This document shows, one piece after another, positions 40,096 to 49,366 of a stretch of 64,000 nucleotides of DNA (its first letter is position 1; each line of letters opens with the position of its first letter). Origin of the DNA: an uncultured Acidobacteriota bacterium (GTDB lineage: Bacteria; Acidobacteriota; Thermoanaerobaculia; UBA5066; Gp7-AA6). A program made the position numbers and the translations under genes. The notes below the pieces were generated by a model. It was given only the letters and a program-made list of their open reading frames with translations, ran no database searches and was not told where the DNA came from. The DNA is taken from positions 39,486 through 103,485 of the forward strand of contig CAVUAN010000024.1 in NCBI GenBank assembly GCA_963739435.1, written 5' to 3'.

Positions 40096-40168
40096 CCAGA
40101 GAGCGACAGCTCGTCCCCCGAAGCAACTGAGGGAGGAGGCGCGCGCCGCGCGGACGCGCGAGCGACGG

Positions 40169-40621
40169 TTACACCTCGCTGTACTCCGGGACGTAGCCCG
40201 CCATCAGGCTGTCCTTGGGCAGGATCGTCTGGCCCGGGCCGGCGCCTGGATCGCCCGTCTTGACCCAGTGCCAGGCGTGAACGATCTCGGCGGCCGGGTA
40301 ATAGCGCGTCTCCGCCTGGACCAGGACCGTGCCGGCGAGGATCTCCGCCTTGATGTCCTCCCAGCGGTGCGCGCCCACGACGGCCACGCGCTCGATCTGC
40401 TTCGCGTGCCTGGAGAGGAACTTGATCTCTTCCCACCGGGCAGCCCATTCGGTCCCCTTCATGGCGGAAAGATCCGCCAGGATTCCGATCGTCCGCTTGC
40501 CCCGATCGCCCATTGCCGTCTCGATCTGAGGTTCGAAGGCTTTGACCTCGGCAGCTGTGACCGTCCCGGTCACCTTGAACCCGAACGCCTTTCCCCCGCT
40601 CTCCTTCAGCTTCTCGATCAT
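40169..40621 (-). CDS. STAS/SpoIIAA-like protein (DUF3478-like)
   Basis: 150 aa: FGFKVTGTVTAAEVKAFEPQIE..IGILADLSAMKG..ERVAVVG. The family call is from memory. Confidence 0.65.
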   Translation of the reverse strand: MIEKLKESGGKAFGFKVTGTVTAAEVKAFEPQIETAMGDRGKRTIGILADLSAMKGTEWAARWEEIKFLSRHAKQIERVAVVGAHRWEDIKAEILAGTVLVQAETRYYPAAEIVHAWHWVKTGDPGAGPGQTILPKDSLMAGYVPEYSEV

Positions 40622-40828
40622 GAGCTCCTCTTCTCCATTTCTTTGAGCAGCCTACCATCCGCTCGCAACGCGAGGAGTCTCCCGAGCGAACGCGAGGGAG
40701 GAGCCTCCCGCCGCGGGAGCGGAGCGCGAGCGCCGGACGAGGCTCGCGGTCGAGCCCGCATCCGGGCGAGCCGCGCGGCGGTGCGCCCGCAGGGCGCAGA
40801 TCCCCCGCGCAGCGCGGAGCGACGGTAT

Positions 40829-40903
40829 TGGAGCGGGAAACCGGGGTCGAACCGGCGACATCCACCTTGGCAAGGTGGCGCTCTACCACTGAGCTATTCC
40901 CGC
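40829..40903 (-). tRNA. tRNA-Gly (anticodon GCC), CCA encoded
   Basis: The minus strand reads GCGGGAATAGCTCAGTGGTAGAGCGCCACCTTGCCAAGGTGGATGTCGCCGGTTCGACCCCGGTTTCCCGCTCCA. It folds as a cloverleaf with a 7-bp acceptor stem, the anticodon stem CCACC/GGTGG with loop TTGCCAA, and a GTTCGA T-loop. Confidence 0.93.
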
Positions 40904-40939
40904 AAGGGAGCGAGAGGATAGCCGAGGGGGGAAGCCCCG

Positions 40940-41578
40940 TCAAGCCTGCGGGAGCTCCTTGACCGGACCCCCGCAGTGCTGGCACACGCGGATGATCGTT
41001 GCGCCGAACTTCTTGGTCGGGGCGCACTCTTCGCACAGCGGCCTCGACGACTCCGTGCACTGAAAGAACGCCACGTGGTCGGTGTGCGTCCGGCAGCACA
41101 TCGGGGGTGTGACGCGTGCCGTCTTTCGCAGGGCAAAGAGAGACTTCAGATAGGGAAGATCGCCGGCCGGCACCGCGCCCCCGTCATTGACGCGGATGCG
41201 GTCCCGATCGTTGACCTCGCCGGTGCGGATCAAGGCCCGCATGCCGCGCCGGTCGAAGACGTCATTCTCGAAGCCAGGCTTCTCGATGTGGAAGCGGGTG
41301 CTGTCCCCGGGACTCGCCGCGCCCGCCGGTTCGTCGGCTGCCGCGGAAGGCCGGCTCGCAGGAGGGTCGGCCGGGGCTCGCGAAGGGGCGGGCGCCGTTG
41401 CCTTGACCTGGAGGGAGGCGTACACCCTTGCCTCGTCGCGAGACGGGAAGTCCATGGGTTGCGTACAGCTGGGACAACGGAAGCGAGCCTTGACCGGAGG
41501 GATCCGCTCGAGCTCGATCGAGAAGTTCCCGCCGCACTTTGGGCATGTAAAGGTGTAGCTGGGTGCGGGGTCGGTCAA
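40940..41578 (-). CDS. Zinc-ribbon (MJ0042-type) / GYF_2-like / B-box-type zinc-finger protein, hypothetical
   Basis: 212 aa. The N-terminus is CPKCGGNF..FRCPSCTQ. The C-terminus is a Cys/His cluster, CCRTHTDH..FQC..PLCEEC..VCQHCGG. Confidence 0.7.
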   Translation of the reverse strand: MTDPAPSYTFTCPKCGGNFSIELERIPPVKARFRCPSCTQPMDFPSRDEARVYASLQVKATAPAPSRAPADPPASRPSAAADEPAGAASPGDSTRFHIEKPGFENDVFDRRGMRALIRTGEVNDRDRIRVNDGGAVPAGDLPYLKSLFALRKTARVTPPMCCRTHTDHVAFFQCTESSRPLCEECAPTKKFGATIIRVCQHCGGPVKELPQA

Positions 41579-41626
41579 GCGATCGCCCTCCGGATCTTAC
41601 GGAAGTTTAGCATCCCGACGGCGAAC

Positions 41627-42052
41627 TCAACGCGGGCGCGGCGCGGGAGGCGGACCCTCGAAGGCGCCCCGCAGAAGATCCAAGCGGGCCGGGTGGCCGG
41701 AAGCATCGATCGCGACGACATCGAAGCGGCACACCGGCCGAACGCGCGCCTTCCGGAGGTAGAGCTGGGCCGCGTTCCAGATTCGGCGCTGCTTCTCGGG
41801 CGTGACCGCCTCCGCCGGCGGTCCGAAGGCGAGCGTGCGCCGGGCCTTGACCTCGACGAAGCAGAGCGTGGAGCCGTCCTCGGCCACGAAATCGATCTCG
41901 CCGGCTTTCGTGCGGTAGTTGCGCGCGAGGATCCTGTACCCCTCGCGCTGCAGGTGGCGCGCCGCCGCGTCTTCCCATTCCTGTCCGACGCCCCGCAGGC
42001 CGCGGTAACGCTGCGCGCCCCGCCGCACGGCGGCCCGGAGCCGTCCTATCAC
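41627..42052 (-). CDS. YraN-family (UPF0102) endonuclease-like protein
   Basis: The C-terminal part of track ORF 41627..43150 reads GQEWEDAAARHLQREGYRILARNYRTKAGEIDFVAEDGSTLCFVEVKAR..RFDVVAI. The GTG start appears to overlap the upstream stop (GTGA). Start coordinate is +/-2 nt. Confidence 0.8.
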   Translation of the reverse strand: MIGRLRAAVRRGAQRYRGLRGVGQEWEDAAARHLQREGYRILARNYRTKAGEIDFVAEDGSTLCFVEVKARRTLAFGPPAEAVTPEKQRRIWNAAQLYLRKARVRPVCRFDVVAIDASGHPARLDLLRGAFEGPPPAPRPR

Positions 42053-44081
42053 GCGGAAGACTCGCTTCGTCCTGCCATCGAGCGCCGGGCCAGCTCGAGG
42101 ACATCGAAGGGCTGAGTCGCAGCGCCGATCTCCTCCTTCGCGTTGCCGATCATCACCATGCAGAACGGGCAGGACACGCCGACCGAGCCGGCGCCCGAAT
42201 CCACGATCTCCTTCATCCGGGTCTGGTTGATGCGGGACCCGAGCTTTTCCTCCATCCACATCCGCCCGCCGCCAGCCCCGCAGCACAGGCCCTTCTCGCG
42301 CGAGCGTTCGAGCTCCGTGAGCTTCAGGCCCGGGATCGCGTTCAGGATCTGGCGCGGCGCGTCGTACACGCCGTTGTAGCGGCCGAGGTAGCAGGGGTCG
42401 TGGAAGGTGATCGTCTCCGGGATCTCCCCCGCCATCCGGATGCGGCCCGACGCGATCAGGTCCGCCACGAGCTGCGAGCCGTGCACGACTTCGAACGTGC
42501 CGCCGAAGTCCTTGTACTCGTTCTTGAGGCAGTTCAGGCAGTGCGGGCAGTTCGTCACGATCTTCTTGACGCCATAGCCGTTCAGGATTTCGATGTTCTG
42601 CTGCGCCAGCGTCTGGAACAGGTACTCGTTGCCCATGCGGCGGGCGGAGTCGCCCGTGCAGGTCTCCTCGCTGCCGAGAATCGCAAAGGACACGCCCGCC
42701 GCGGTCGAGGATCTCGACGAGCGCCTTCGAGACGCGCTTCGCGCGGTCCTCGTAGGAGCCGGCGCAGCCGACCCAGAACAGGACCTCGAAGGCCTTACCC
42801 TGGGCCTCTTTCATCGTCACGACGGGCAGCCCTTTCGCCCAGTCGCCGCGAGCGGCGGCCGCCATGCCCCAGGGGTTGCCGTTGGTCTCCATCCCGCGAA
42901 ATGCGGTCTGCATCTCTTTCGGAAACTCCGCCTTCTCGAGCACGAGGTAGCGGCGCATCTCGATGATCTTGTCCACGGCCGGCACGATGAAGACCGGGCA
43001 GGCTGTCGTGCACCACCCGCAGGTCGTGCACGCCCAGATCGTGTCCTCGGAGATCCATCCGCCGATGAGCGCCTTGCGGCGAATCCGCCGGAGCCTTGGC
43101 GGAGGCGGAGGCCTGGAGGATCTCCGGTGTCGCCGCGTAAACCGCGTCACGGACTTCGCCGATGAAGGCCTTCGGGTCGAGCGGCTTGCCGGTCAGCACC
43201 GTCGGGCACACCACGCGGCAGCGCCCGCACTCCGTGCAGGTGTAGCCGTCGAGCATCTGCTTCCAGGTCAAATGCTCGACCGTCGATGTGCCGAAATGCT
43301 CGGCCTTCTCGATGTCCACCGGGGCCAGGCGCCCCATCGGATCGAGGCTCATGAAGAAGATGTTCGGAATGGACGTGACGATGTGGAAGTGCTTGGAATA
43401 CGGCAGGTAGTTGGCGAAGACCAGGATGACCACGAGGTGCACCCACCATCCCGAGGAGTAGAGCGCGGCCAGCGTCGCCGGCGCCGACCCCGCAAGCATG
43501 CCGGCCAAAGCGCCGACGGCCGGAGCCCACACCGTGGCCTGCTCCGGCTGGAGAGCGACCTTCGCCGCTTCGGAGACGAGGTCGGCTGAAATCAAGAGAG
43601 CGATCAGGGACAGGATGAGCCACGCATCGAGTGTCAGGTCGAGGCGCTTGGGCCTCGCGAACGCCCTGCGGAAGGCGGCCATGCCCACCCCGACCAGGAC
43701 CAGCACCTCGAAGATGTCCTTGAGCAGCGTGTAGAGGTCGCCGGCGCGGCCGGACAGGAGCTGGAAGCCCGGGACGAGACCCTCGACGACGAGGGAAAAG
43801 ACGCGGACCGTCAGAACGACGAACCCGCCGAAGATGAAGATGTGGAAGACGCCCGCGTAGAAGTCCCGGAACATCCGCTTTTGCAGGAAGGCGTATTCAA
43901 GAGTCTTCCGGATTCGCTCCGGAATTCGCGTGAAGCGGTTGTCGGGCGCCCCCGCCATCAGCACCCGTACCCGCCGCATGACCGAGTACGCGAACGCGAG
44001 ACTGGCCGCCAGGACCAGGAGCCCGAAGATGAGCCGGCCGGACAGGCCGAGAATGAGCCGCTCAGTGGGCAGCGGAAGCAT
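42049..44081 (-). CDS. Membrane-anchored Fe-S oxidoreductase (HdrD/GlpC-like, CCG domains) associated with etfAB; two apparent frameshifts (~43100, ~42695)
   Basis: The N-terminal TM domain and CTECGRCRVVCP are in ORF 42795..44081. The second cluster, CTTCGWCTTACP, is in ORF 41627..43150. The CCG domains (CPHCLNCLK..FHDPCYLGR, CCGAGGG, SCPFC) are in ORF 42049..42693. Confidence 0.85.
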
Positions 44082-44107
44082 CGTGGCTACTCTACCTCCC
44101 GTTCCAA

Positions 44108-44205
44108 TGTCATCCCGAGCGAAGTCGAGGGATCAACTCCGATGACACTCTGGCGGCCAATACGACGAGAGCAGATTCCTCGTCACTCCGCTCCTCGGAA
44201 TGACA
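44108..44205. repeat. REP/MITE-like imperfect inverted-repeat element in the etfA / Fe-S oxidoreductase intergenic region
   Basis: The left arm is TGTCATCCCGAGCGAAGTCGAGGGATC (44108-44134). The reverse complement of the right arm (44174-44205) is TGTCATTCCGAGGAGCGGAGTGACGAGGAATC. A related half-site, CCCGAGCGAACGCGAGGGA, occurs at 40681-40699. Confidence 0.6.
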
Positions 44206-44216
44206 GCAACGTGGCC

Positions 44217-45182
44217 CTACTCCGCTTTGGCGGCCCGCACGGCCTTCGTGAGCTCGGGCACGATCTGGAAGAGGTCGCCGACAATGCCGTAGGTCGCGAC
44301 CTTGAAGATGGGCGCCTCGGGATCCTTGTTGATCGCGACGATGACCTTGGAGGTTCCCATTCCCGCCAGGTGCTGAATGGCTCCCGAAATGCCGCACGCG
44401 ACGTAGAGAGTGGGAGAAACGACCTTGCCGGTCTGCCCGACCTGGTGCTGGTGGTCGATCCAGCCGGCATCCACCACCGCGCGCGATGCACCCAGTGCCG
44501 CGCCCAGGGCCTCCTGGAGACCGCGGATGACCGGCCAGTTCTCCGGACCCTTGATGCCGCGTCCGCCCGACACGATGATGTCGGCCTCCGAGACGTCGAG
44601 CTCCTTCGATTCGGGGACCTCGACCTTGACGACCCTCGCCCGCGGCTCGATCGGCCCGAGCTCCAGGGCCTGGACCTTCGGGTCCGCGCCGTCCCGGGCC
44701 TCGGCTGGGAACACGTTCGGCCGTGTCGTCGCGATCTGGAGCTTCGCGGCGCCGCAGTCGACCTCGGCGCGCGCCTTGCCCGAGTAGACCGGCCGCGAGC
44801 CAACGAGCCTGTCTCCCTCGACCCGCAGCTCCATCACGTCCGCGAGCGCCGAGACGTCGTGCCGGGCCGCGAAACGCGGAGCAACGTCCTTGCCCATCGA
44901 CGTAGCGGCGACGAGAACCGCGTCCGGGCTCTCCGCTTTGGCCGCCGCGTCGAGCGCGCCGACGTAACCCTTCGTGCTGTACAGCGCGAGCTCGTCCCGG
45001 TCGGCGACATACACGGTCCCGGCCCCGTACCGGCCGAGGTCCTTCGCGAGGGCCGAAACGCCTTTGCCCGGCAGCACCGCTGCCACAGGCCCTCCGGCGA
45101 GCTTTCTGGCGAGCGAGAGGGCTTCGAGCGAGGCCTTTCGGACCTTTCCGTCCCGCTGCTCGATGAAGACGAGGAACTTCAT
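44217..45182 (-). CDS. etfA: Electron transfer flavoprotein alpha subunit
   Basis: 321 aa: IIVSGGRG, ASRAVVDAGW, QVGQTGKVVSPTLYVACGISGAIQH. Confidence 0.93.
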   Translation of the reverse strand: MKFLVFIEQRDGKVRKASLEALSLARKLAGGPVAAVLPGKGVSALAKDLGRYGAGTVYVADRDELALYSTKGYVGALDAAAKAESPDAVLVAATSMGKDVAPRFAARHDVSALADVMELRVEGDRLVGSRPVYSGKARAEVDCGAAKLQIATTRPNVFPAEARDGADPKVQALELGPIEPRARVVKVEVPESKELDVSEADIIVSGGRGIKGPENWPVIRGLQEALGAALGASRAVVDAGWIDHQHQVGQTGKVVSPTLYVACGISGAIQHLAGMGTSKVIVAINKDPEAPIFKVATYGIVGDLFQIVPELTKAVRAAKAE

Positions 45183-45264
45183 AAGAATTGATCCATTGGC
45201 TCATTGATCCATGGACTCATTGAGCTCAATTCAACAATGAACCGATGAATCAATGAATCAATCC
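45183..45264. other. AT-rich (~37% GC by eye) palindromic intergenic spacer between etfB and etfA with repeated TCATTGA/TCAATGA motifs
   Basis: The sequence is aagaattgatccattggctcattgatccatggactcattgagctcaattcaacaatgaaccgatgaatcaatgaatcaatcc. It has a central perfect palindrome ATTGAGCTCAAT and flanking arms of ATTGAT/ATCAAT repeats. Confidence 0.6.
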
Positions 45265-46050
45265 TCACAGGACCTTCGCCTCTTCGCGGAGCAGCCGGAC
45301 CAGTTCTTTTGCCGAGGCCGCCGGATCATCGGGTGGGATGAGCTTCGCGGCCTGCCGGGCCGGCGGGAGCTCGAGCTTGCGCCAGCGCACCTTCGCGTTG
45401 GCCGGATCCGCCTCGGGGACGTTGAGGTCCGCGAGCTTCTTTTCTGCAATCGGCTTCTTCTTGGCGCCCATGATGCCCTTGAGCGACGCGTACCGCGGCT
45501 CGTTCAAACCCTTCTGCGCGGTGAGCGCGACCGGCAGCGTGCACTCGACGACCTCGTGCGCGCCTTCGATCTCGCGGTGCGCCACCGCCCGGCCGTCGCC
45601 GATTTCGAGCTGGATGACGTTGGCCACGTGGGGCAGGCCCATCAATTCCGCCGTCATCGGCCCCACCAGCCCCTCGTCGTAGCCCACTCCCTTCTGGCCA
45701 AACCAGAGGAAGTCGTGCGCGACGGTTTTCGCAACGGCGGCGAGCGCCTTGGCCGTCGCCAGCGCGTCGAGGTAGCGGGAGTCGCCCGAATCCACCCAGA
45801 TGGCCTCATCCGCGCCCCGCGCGAGGCATTCGCGCAGAGACGTCTTGGCGCGCTCGGGCCCGATCGACACGACCGTCACGGTGCCCGCCCCCTTCGCCTC
45901 CTTGATCTTCAGCGCCTCTTCGAGCCCGTACTCGTCGTAGGGCGAGACGATCCACTTGACGTCCGTCTCGTCGATCGACTTGCCGTCGGCGCCGATCTTG
46001 ATCCGGGTCTCGGTGTCGGGCACGCAGGCGATGCAGACGAGCGAGTTCAC
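45265..46050 (-). CDS. etfB: Electron transfer flavoprotein beta subunit
   Basis: GTG at 46050 in ORF 45265..46173 gives VNSLVCIACVPDTETRIKI..VSPYDEYGLEEALKIKE..VVSIGP. Confidence 0.9.
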   Translation of the reverse strand: MNSLVCIACVPDTETRIKIGADGKSIDETDVKWIVSPYDEYGLEEALKIKEAKGAGTVTVVSIGPERAKTSLRECLARGADEAIWVDSGDSRYLDALATAKALAAVAKTVAHDFLWFGQKGVGYDEGLVGPMTAELMGLPHVANVIQLEIGDGRAVAHREIEGAHEVVECTLPVALTAQKGLNEPRYASLKGIMGAKKKPIAEKKLADLNVPEADPANAKVRWRKLELPPARQAAKLIPPDDPAASAKELVRLLREEAKVL

Positions 46051-46055
46051 TCCGG

Positions 46056-47315
46056 TCAGTCCATCTTCTTCAGGATCAGGCTCCCGTTGGTTCCGCCAAA
46101 CCCAAAGGAGTTCGAGAGGACATACCGGAGGCGGCCCTTCCTCGCGGTGTTGGGAACGTAGTCGAGGTCGCACTCGGGGTCGGGCGTGAAGTAGTTGATC
46201 GTGGGAGGCATGACCTGCTCGTGAACCGCCAACGCGCAGATGCCCGTCTCGAGACCTCCGGCCGCGCCGAGCAGGTGCCCGGTCATCGACTTCGTCGAGG
46301 AGACCGCCAGCTTCCTGGCATGCGCGCCGAAGACCTTCTTGATCGCGAGGGTCTCGGCCTTGTCGCCCAGGGGCGTCGATGTCCCGTGGGCGTTGATGTA
46401 GTCGACGTCCTCGGCGTTGATCCCGGCGTCCAGGAGGCCGTTCTTCATGACGCGCGCCGGCCCGTCTCCATCCTCCGACGGTGCGGCGATGTGGTACGCG
46501 TCCCCCGACATGCCGTAGCCGACGAGCTCGGCATAGATGCGCGCGCCGCGCTTCTTCGCCGCCTCCATCTCCTCGAGAACGACGAGCCCGGCTCCCTCGC
46601 TGATCACGAAACCGTCCCGGTCGCGGTCCCAGGGACGCGAGGCGTGCTCCGGATCGTCATTGCGTGTCGACAGGGCGCGCATCACCGCGAACCCGCCCAC
46701 GGCCAGGGGCGTTATGACCGATTCCGTGCCGCCGGCGATGGCCGCGTCGGCGTCGCCGTACTGGATCATCCGGTACGCCTCGCCCACGGCGTGGGCGCCC
46801 GTCGTGCAGGCCGTGACCGTGGCCAGGTTCGGCCCTTTCAGGCCGTACTTGATCGAGATGTTGCCGGCCGCCTCGTTGACGATGAGCCCCGTGATGAAAA
46901 AGGGCGAGATGACTTTCGGGTTGCCGTTCGACTCCACGTACCTTCTCTGCATCTCCTCGATCAAAGGCAGGCCGCCGATCCCGGAGCCGACCACGACGGC
47001 GATGCGCTCGCGGTTGCCGTCCGAGACGGGCAGACCCGAGTCCTCCATCGCGAAGTGCGCGGCGGCGATCGCGAAGTGGATGAACGTGTCCATCTTCTTG
47101 ATTTCCTTCTTCTCGATGTAGAGAGAAGGATCGAAGCCTTTCACCTCGCCGGCGATGCGCGAGGTGAGGCGCGACGCGTCAAACCGGGTGATCGGGCCGA
47201 TGCCGCAGCGGCCCGCAAGGAGGGCGTCCCAGTTCTCCTTGTTCCCGATTCCGAGAGGAGAGACGAGACCCACCCCCGTCACGGCCACGCGGCGCGGGGA
47301 GGAAAGGCGGGGCAT
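46056..47315 (-). CDS. fabF: 3-oxoacyl-ACP synthase II
   Basis: 419 aa: RVAVTGVGLVSPLG, TVTACTTGAHA, NAHGTSTPLGD and NSFGFGGTNGSL. Confidence 0.95.
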   Translation of the reverse strand: MPRLSSPRRVAVTGVGLVSPLGIGNKENWDALLAGRCGIGPITRFDASRLTSRIAGEVKGFDPSLYIEKKEIKKMDTFIHFAIAAAHFAMEDSGLPVSDGNRERIAVVVGSGIGGLPLIEEMQRRYVESNGNPKVISPFFITGLIVNEAAGNISIKYGLKGPNLATVTACTTGAHAVGEAYRMIQYGDADAAIAGGTESVITPLAVGGFAVMRALSTRNDDPEHASRPWDRDRDGFVISEGAGLVVLEEMEAAKKRGARIYAELVGYGMSGDAYHIAAPSEDGDGPARVMKNGLLDAGINAEDVDYINAHGTSTPLGDKAETLAIKKVFGAHARKLAVSSTKSMTGHLLGAAGGLETGICALAVHEQVMPPTINYFTPDPECDLDYVPNTARKGRLRYVLSNSFGFGGTNGSLILKKMD

Positions 47316-47330
47316 GGCTTAGGTCTATTG

Positions 47331-47570
47331 TCAGTTTTGCGAGGAGTTCTTCCCGATGTACTCGATGGCGTCCTTGACCTTCTGGATCTTCTCCGCGGCT
47401 TCGTCCGGGATCTCGATGTTGAAGGCCTCTTCGAACGCCATGACCAGTTCGACGGTGTCGAGCGAGTCGGCGCCGAGATCGTCGACGAACGACGCTTCCG
47501 GTGTGACTTCGTTCGCGTCCACGCCGAGCTGCTCGACGATGATGCTCTTCACCTTTTCTTCGACAGACAT
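47331..47570 (-). CDS. acpP: Acyl carrier protein
   Basis: 79 aa with the [18 protein letters not shown] phosphopantetheine site. Confidence 0.95.
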   Translation of the reverse strand: MSVEEKVKSIIVEQLGVDANEVTPEASFVDDLGADSLDTVELVMAFEEAFNIEIPDEAAEKIQKVKDAIEYIGKNSSQN

Positions 47571-47646
47571 TCTTCGCTCCCTTCTTCGGTCGAGATAGAC
47601 GCCGTATTCTTCCCCAGATATCCCGCCGGGGCAAGCGCCCCGATTC

Positions 47647-48390
47647 TCACATGTAAAGGCCGCCCGAGACGTTCAGGACGTGCCCGGTGACGTAGGAGGC
47701 TTCCTCGGAGGCCAGGTATGCGATGGCGGCGGCAATGTCGTCGGTCGAGCCCAGCCGACCCAGCGGGATCTGGCCGGCGAGCGCCGCCTTCGCCTCTTCG
47801 GTCATCTTGTCGGTCATCGCCGTGGCGATGAAGCCGGGCGCGACCGCATTGCAGGTGATGTTGCGCGAGGCGAGCTCGCGTGCGACAGACTTCGTCAGCC
47901 CCACGAGACCGGCTTTCGACGCCGCGTAGTTGGCCTGGCCCGCGTTGCCCATGAGCCCGACGACGGAGGTGACGTTCACGATGCGCCCGTAGCGCTTGCG
48001 GACCATCGATTTCACGACCGCCTGGGTGAGAAGAAAGACTCCCGTCAGATTCGTGGCCAGCACGCGATCCCAGGCTTCCTTCGACATCCGCAGGATCAGG
48101 TTGTCCTCGGTAACGCCGGCGTTGTTGACGAGAACGTCGATCTGCCCGTGGGCGGCGAGAGCGGACTTGATGGCCGCCTCGATCGAGGCCGGATCGGCCA
48201 GGTCGAGCGCACAGACCTCCGCCTTTCCGCCGGCCGCCTGGATCGAGGAGACGACCCGGCCCAGCGTATCGGCTGTCCGAGCCGCGGCGATGACCGTGGC
48301 GCCCTCCCCGGCCAGCCGGCGAGCGGCGGCCTCTCCGATGCCGCGCGAGGCGCCGGTCACGAGGGCCACTTTGCCTTCGAAGCGTTTCAT
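47647..48390 (-). CDS. fabG: 3-oxoacyl-ACP reductase
   Basis: ATG at 48390 in ORF 47647..48456 gives [31 protein letters not shown] and [12 protein letters not shown]. Confidence 0.93.
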   Translation of the reverse strand: MKRFEGKVALVTGASRGIGEAAARRLAGEGATVIAAARTADTLGRVVSSIQAAGGKAEVCALDLADPASIEAAIKSALAAHGQIDVLVNNAGVTEDNLILRMSKEAWDRVLATNLTGVFLLTQAVVKSMVRKRYGRIVNVTSVVGLMGNAGQANYAASKAGLVGLTKSVARELASRNITCNAVAPGFIATAMTDKMTEEAKAALAGQIPLGRLGSTDDIAAAIAYLASEEASYVTGHVLNVSGGLYM

Positions 48391-48409
48391 CGCGGCGGAG
48401 TGTACCGGA

Positions 48410-49366
48410 TCACTTCGGCTTCTCCACGATGTCCGGCAACTGGCGGCTCCAGGCATCCACGATCCACCTGGCCGCGTCGGCGATGGCGAGCACCGAGGGA
48501 TGATCGGCCGAGCTCGCCGGGGCGGCCTGGCTCCGGTCCGTCAGGATCGCGAGCACGAACCTCCCCTTCTTCGTCCGCAGGATCCCGGAGTCGTTTCGCA
48601 CGCCGCTCATGGACCCCGACTTGCCCGCAAAGAGGTCGGATGCGTCGAATCGCCTCGCGATCCGCAGCCGTGTCGGGTCCTTGTCCAGGTACTCGAAGAT
48701 GCGGGCCGAAGACTCGGAGTCGAGGAGCTCGCCGCGAGCCACTTGCGCCATCCACTCCTCGACCTCGCGCGGCGCGATCTCCCCCAGGTGGAATCCTGTC
48801 CACGGCGAGGGCTTCTCGGCCCGGCGCGAATACGCCGGAAGGAGTGCGAGGAGTCGGATCCTCTGGAACCCGAGCGATGTCATCCGCGCGTTGATCTTCT
48901 CGATGCCGAGCCGCTCGATCCAGGCGTTGGTGGCGGTGTTGTCGGAAGGGCCGATCATCAGGGTGATGAGATCGCTCCAGGTCGGGTCCAGGCCCGGATC
49001 CAGCATCAGGAGCACGCCAGAGCCGTCGGCCTTCTTGTCCGCCGAGAGCGTCCAGCGCTCCGAGAGGTCTACCCGGCCTTCCTTCACGCCGGCCATCGCC
49101 TCGGTCACGATCGCGATCTTGATGACCGAGGCCGACTCGAACGTCTCGTCGGCCTGGAAGAAGTAAGTCTTCCCGCTCTCGAGATGCCTGGCCGCGACAC
49201 CCATCCGGCAGCCGCACCGCTTCTCGAGCGAGACCATCTTCGCGTCGAAGCCGGCATCGGGGGACGCGGGCTGCGTGCTGGCACAGCCGGCAGCGAGAAA
49301 GAGGAACGCAAGAGAGGGCAGAAGCCAGGCCCGCGCCACGGGGGTCCGCCCAGTTTCATCCGCCAT
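48410..49366 (-). CDS. Class-A beta-lactamase-like serine hydrolase, predicted lipoprotein, inserted in the fab operon
   Basis: 318 aa. The lipobox is LAFLFLAAGCAS. The SxxK motif is ASVIKIA, the SDN motif is GPSDNTATN, and the KSG motif is GKSGSM. It overlaps the fabD 3' end by ~11 nt; an alternative GTG start is at ~49339. Confidence 0.75.
   Translation of the reverse strand: MADETGRTPVARAWLLPSLAFLFLAAGCASTQPASPDAGFDAKMVSLEKRCGCRMGVAARHLESGKTYFFQADETFESASVIKIAIVTEAMAGVKEGRVDLSERWTLSADKKADGSGVLLMLDPGLDPTWSDLITLMIGPSDNTATNAWIERLGIEKINARMTSLGFQRIRLLALLPAYSRRAEKPSPWTGFHLGEIAPREVEEWMAQVARGELLDSESSARIFEYLDKDPTRLRIARRFDASDLFAGKSGSMSGVRNDSGILRTKKGRFVLAILTDRSQAAPASSADHPSVLAIADAARWIVDAWSRQLPDIVEKPK

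Noticed and set aside
40096-40168. GC palindrome (CGCGCG..CGCGCG) between the convergent peptide 6 and STAS genes as an intrinsic terminator.
   Set aside because: The self-complementary CGCGCG blocks could pair, but there is no U-tract on either strand. Such GC palindromes are common in this composition, so the support is not enough to annotate a terminator.
30163-40903. A genomic island integrated at tRNA-Gly and carrying the peptide system.
   Set aside because: No integrase, transposase or recombinase gene is present, and there is no duplicated copy of the tRNA 3' end. Only a short 10-bp repeat around the STAS gene was found, and that is reported separately as low-interest.
48410-49366. 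Annotating the class-A-like serine hydrolase as an antibiotic-resistance beta-lactamase.
   Set aside because: The SxxK, SDN and KSG motifs alone do not separate true beta-lactamases from related esterases and DD-peptidase-like proteins. There is no mobile-element context and no way to test activity from the sequence.
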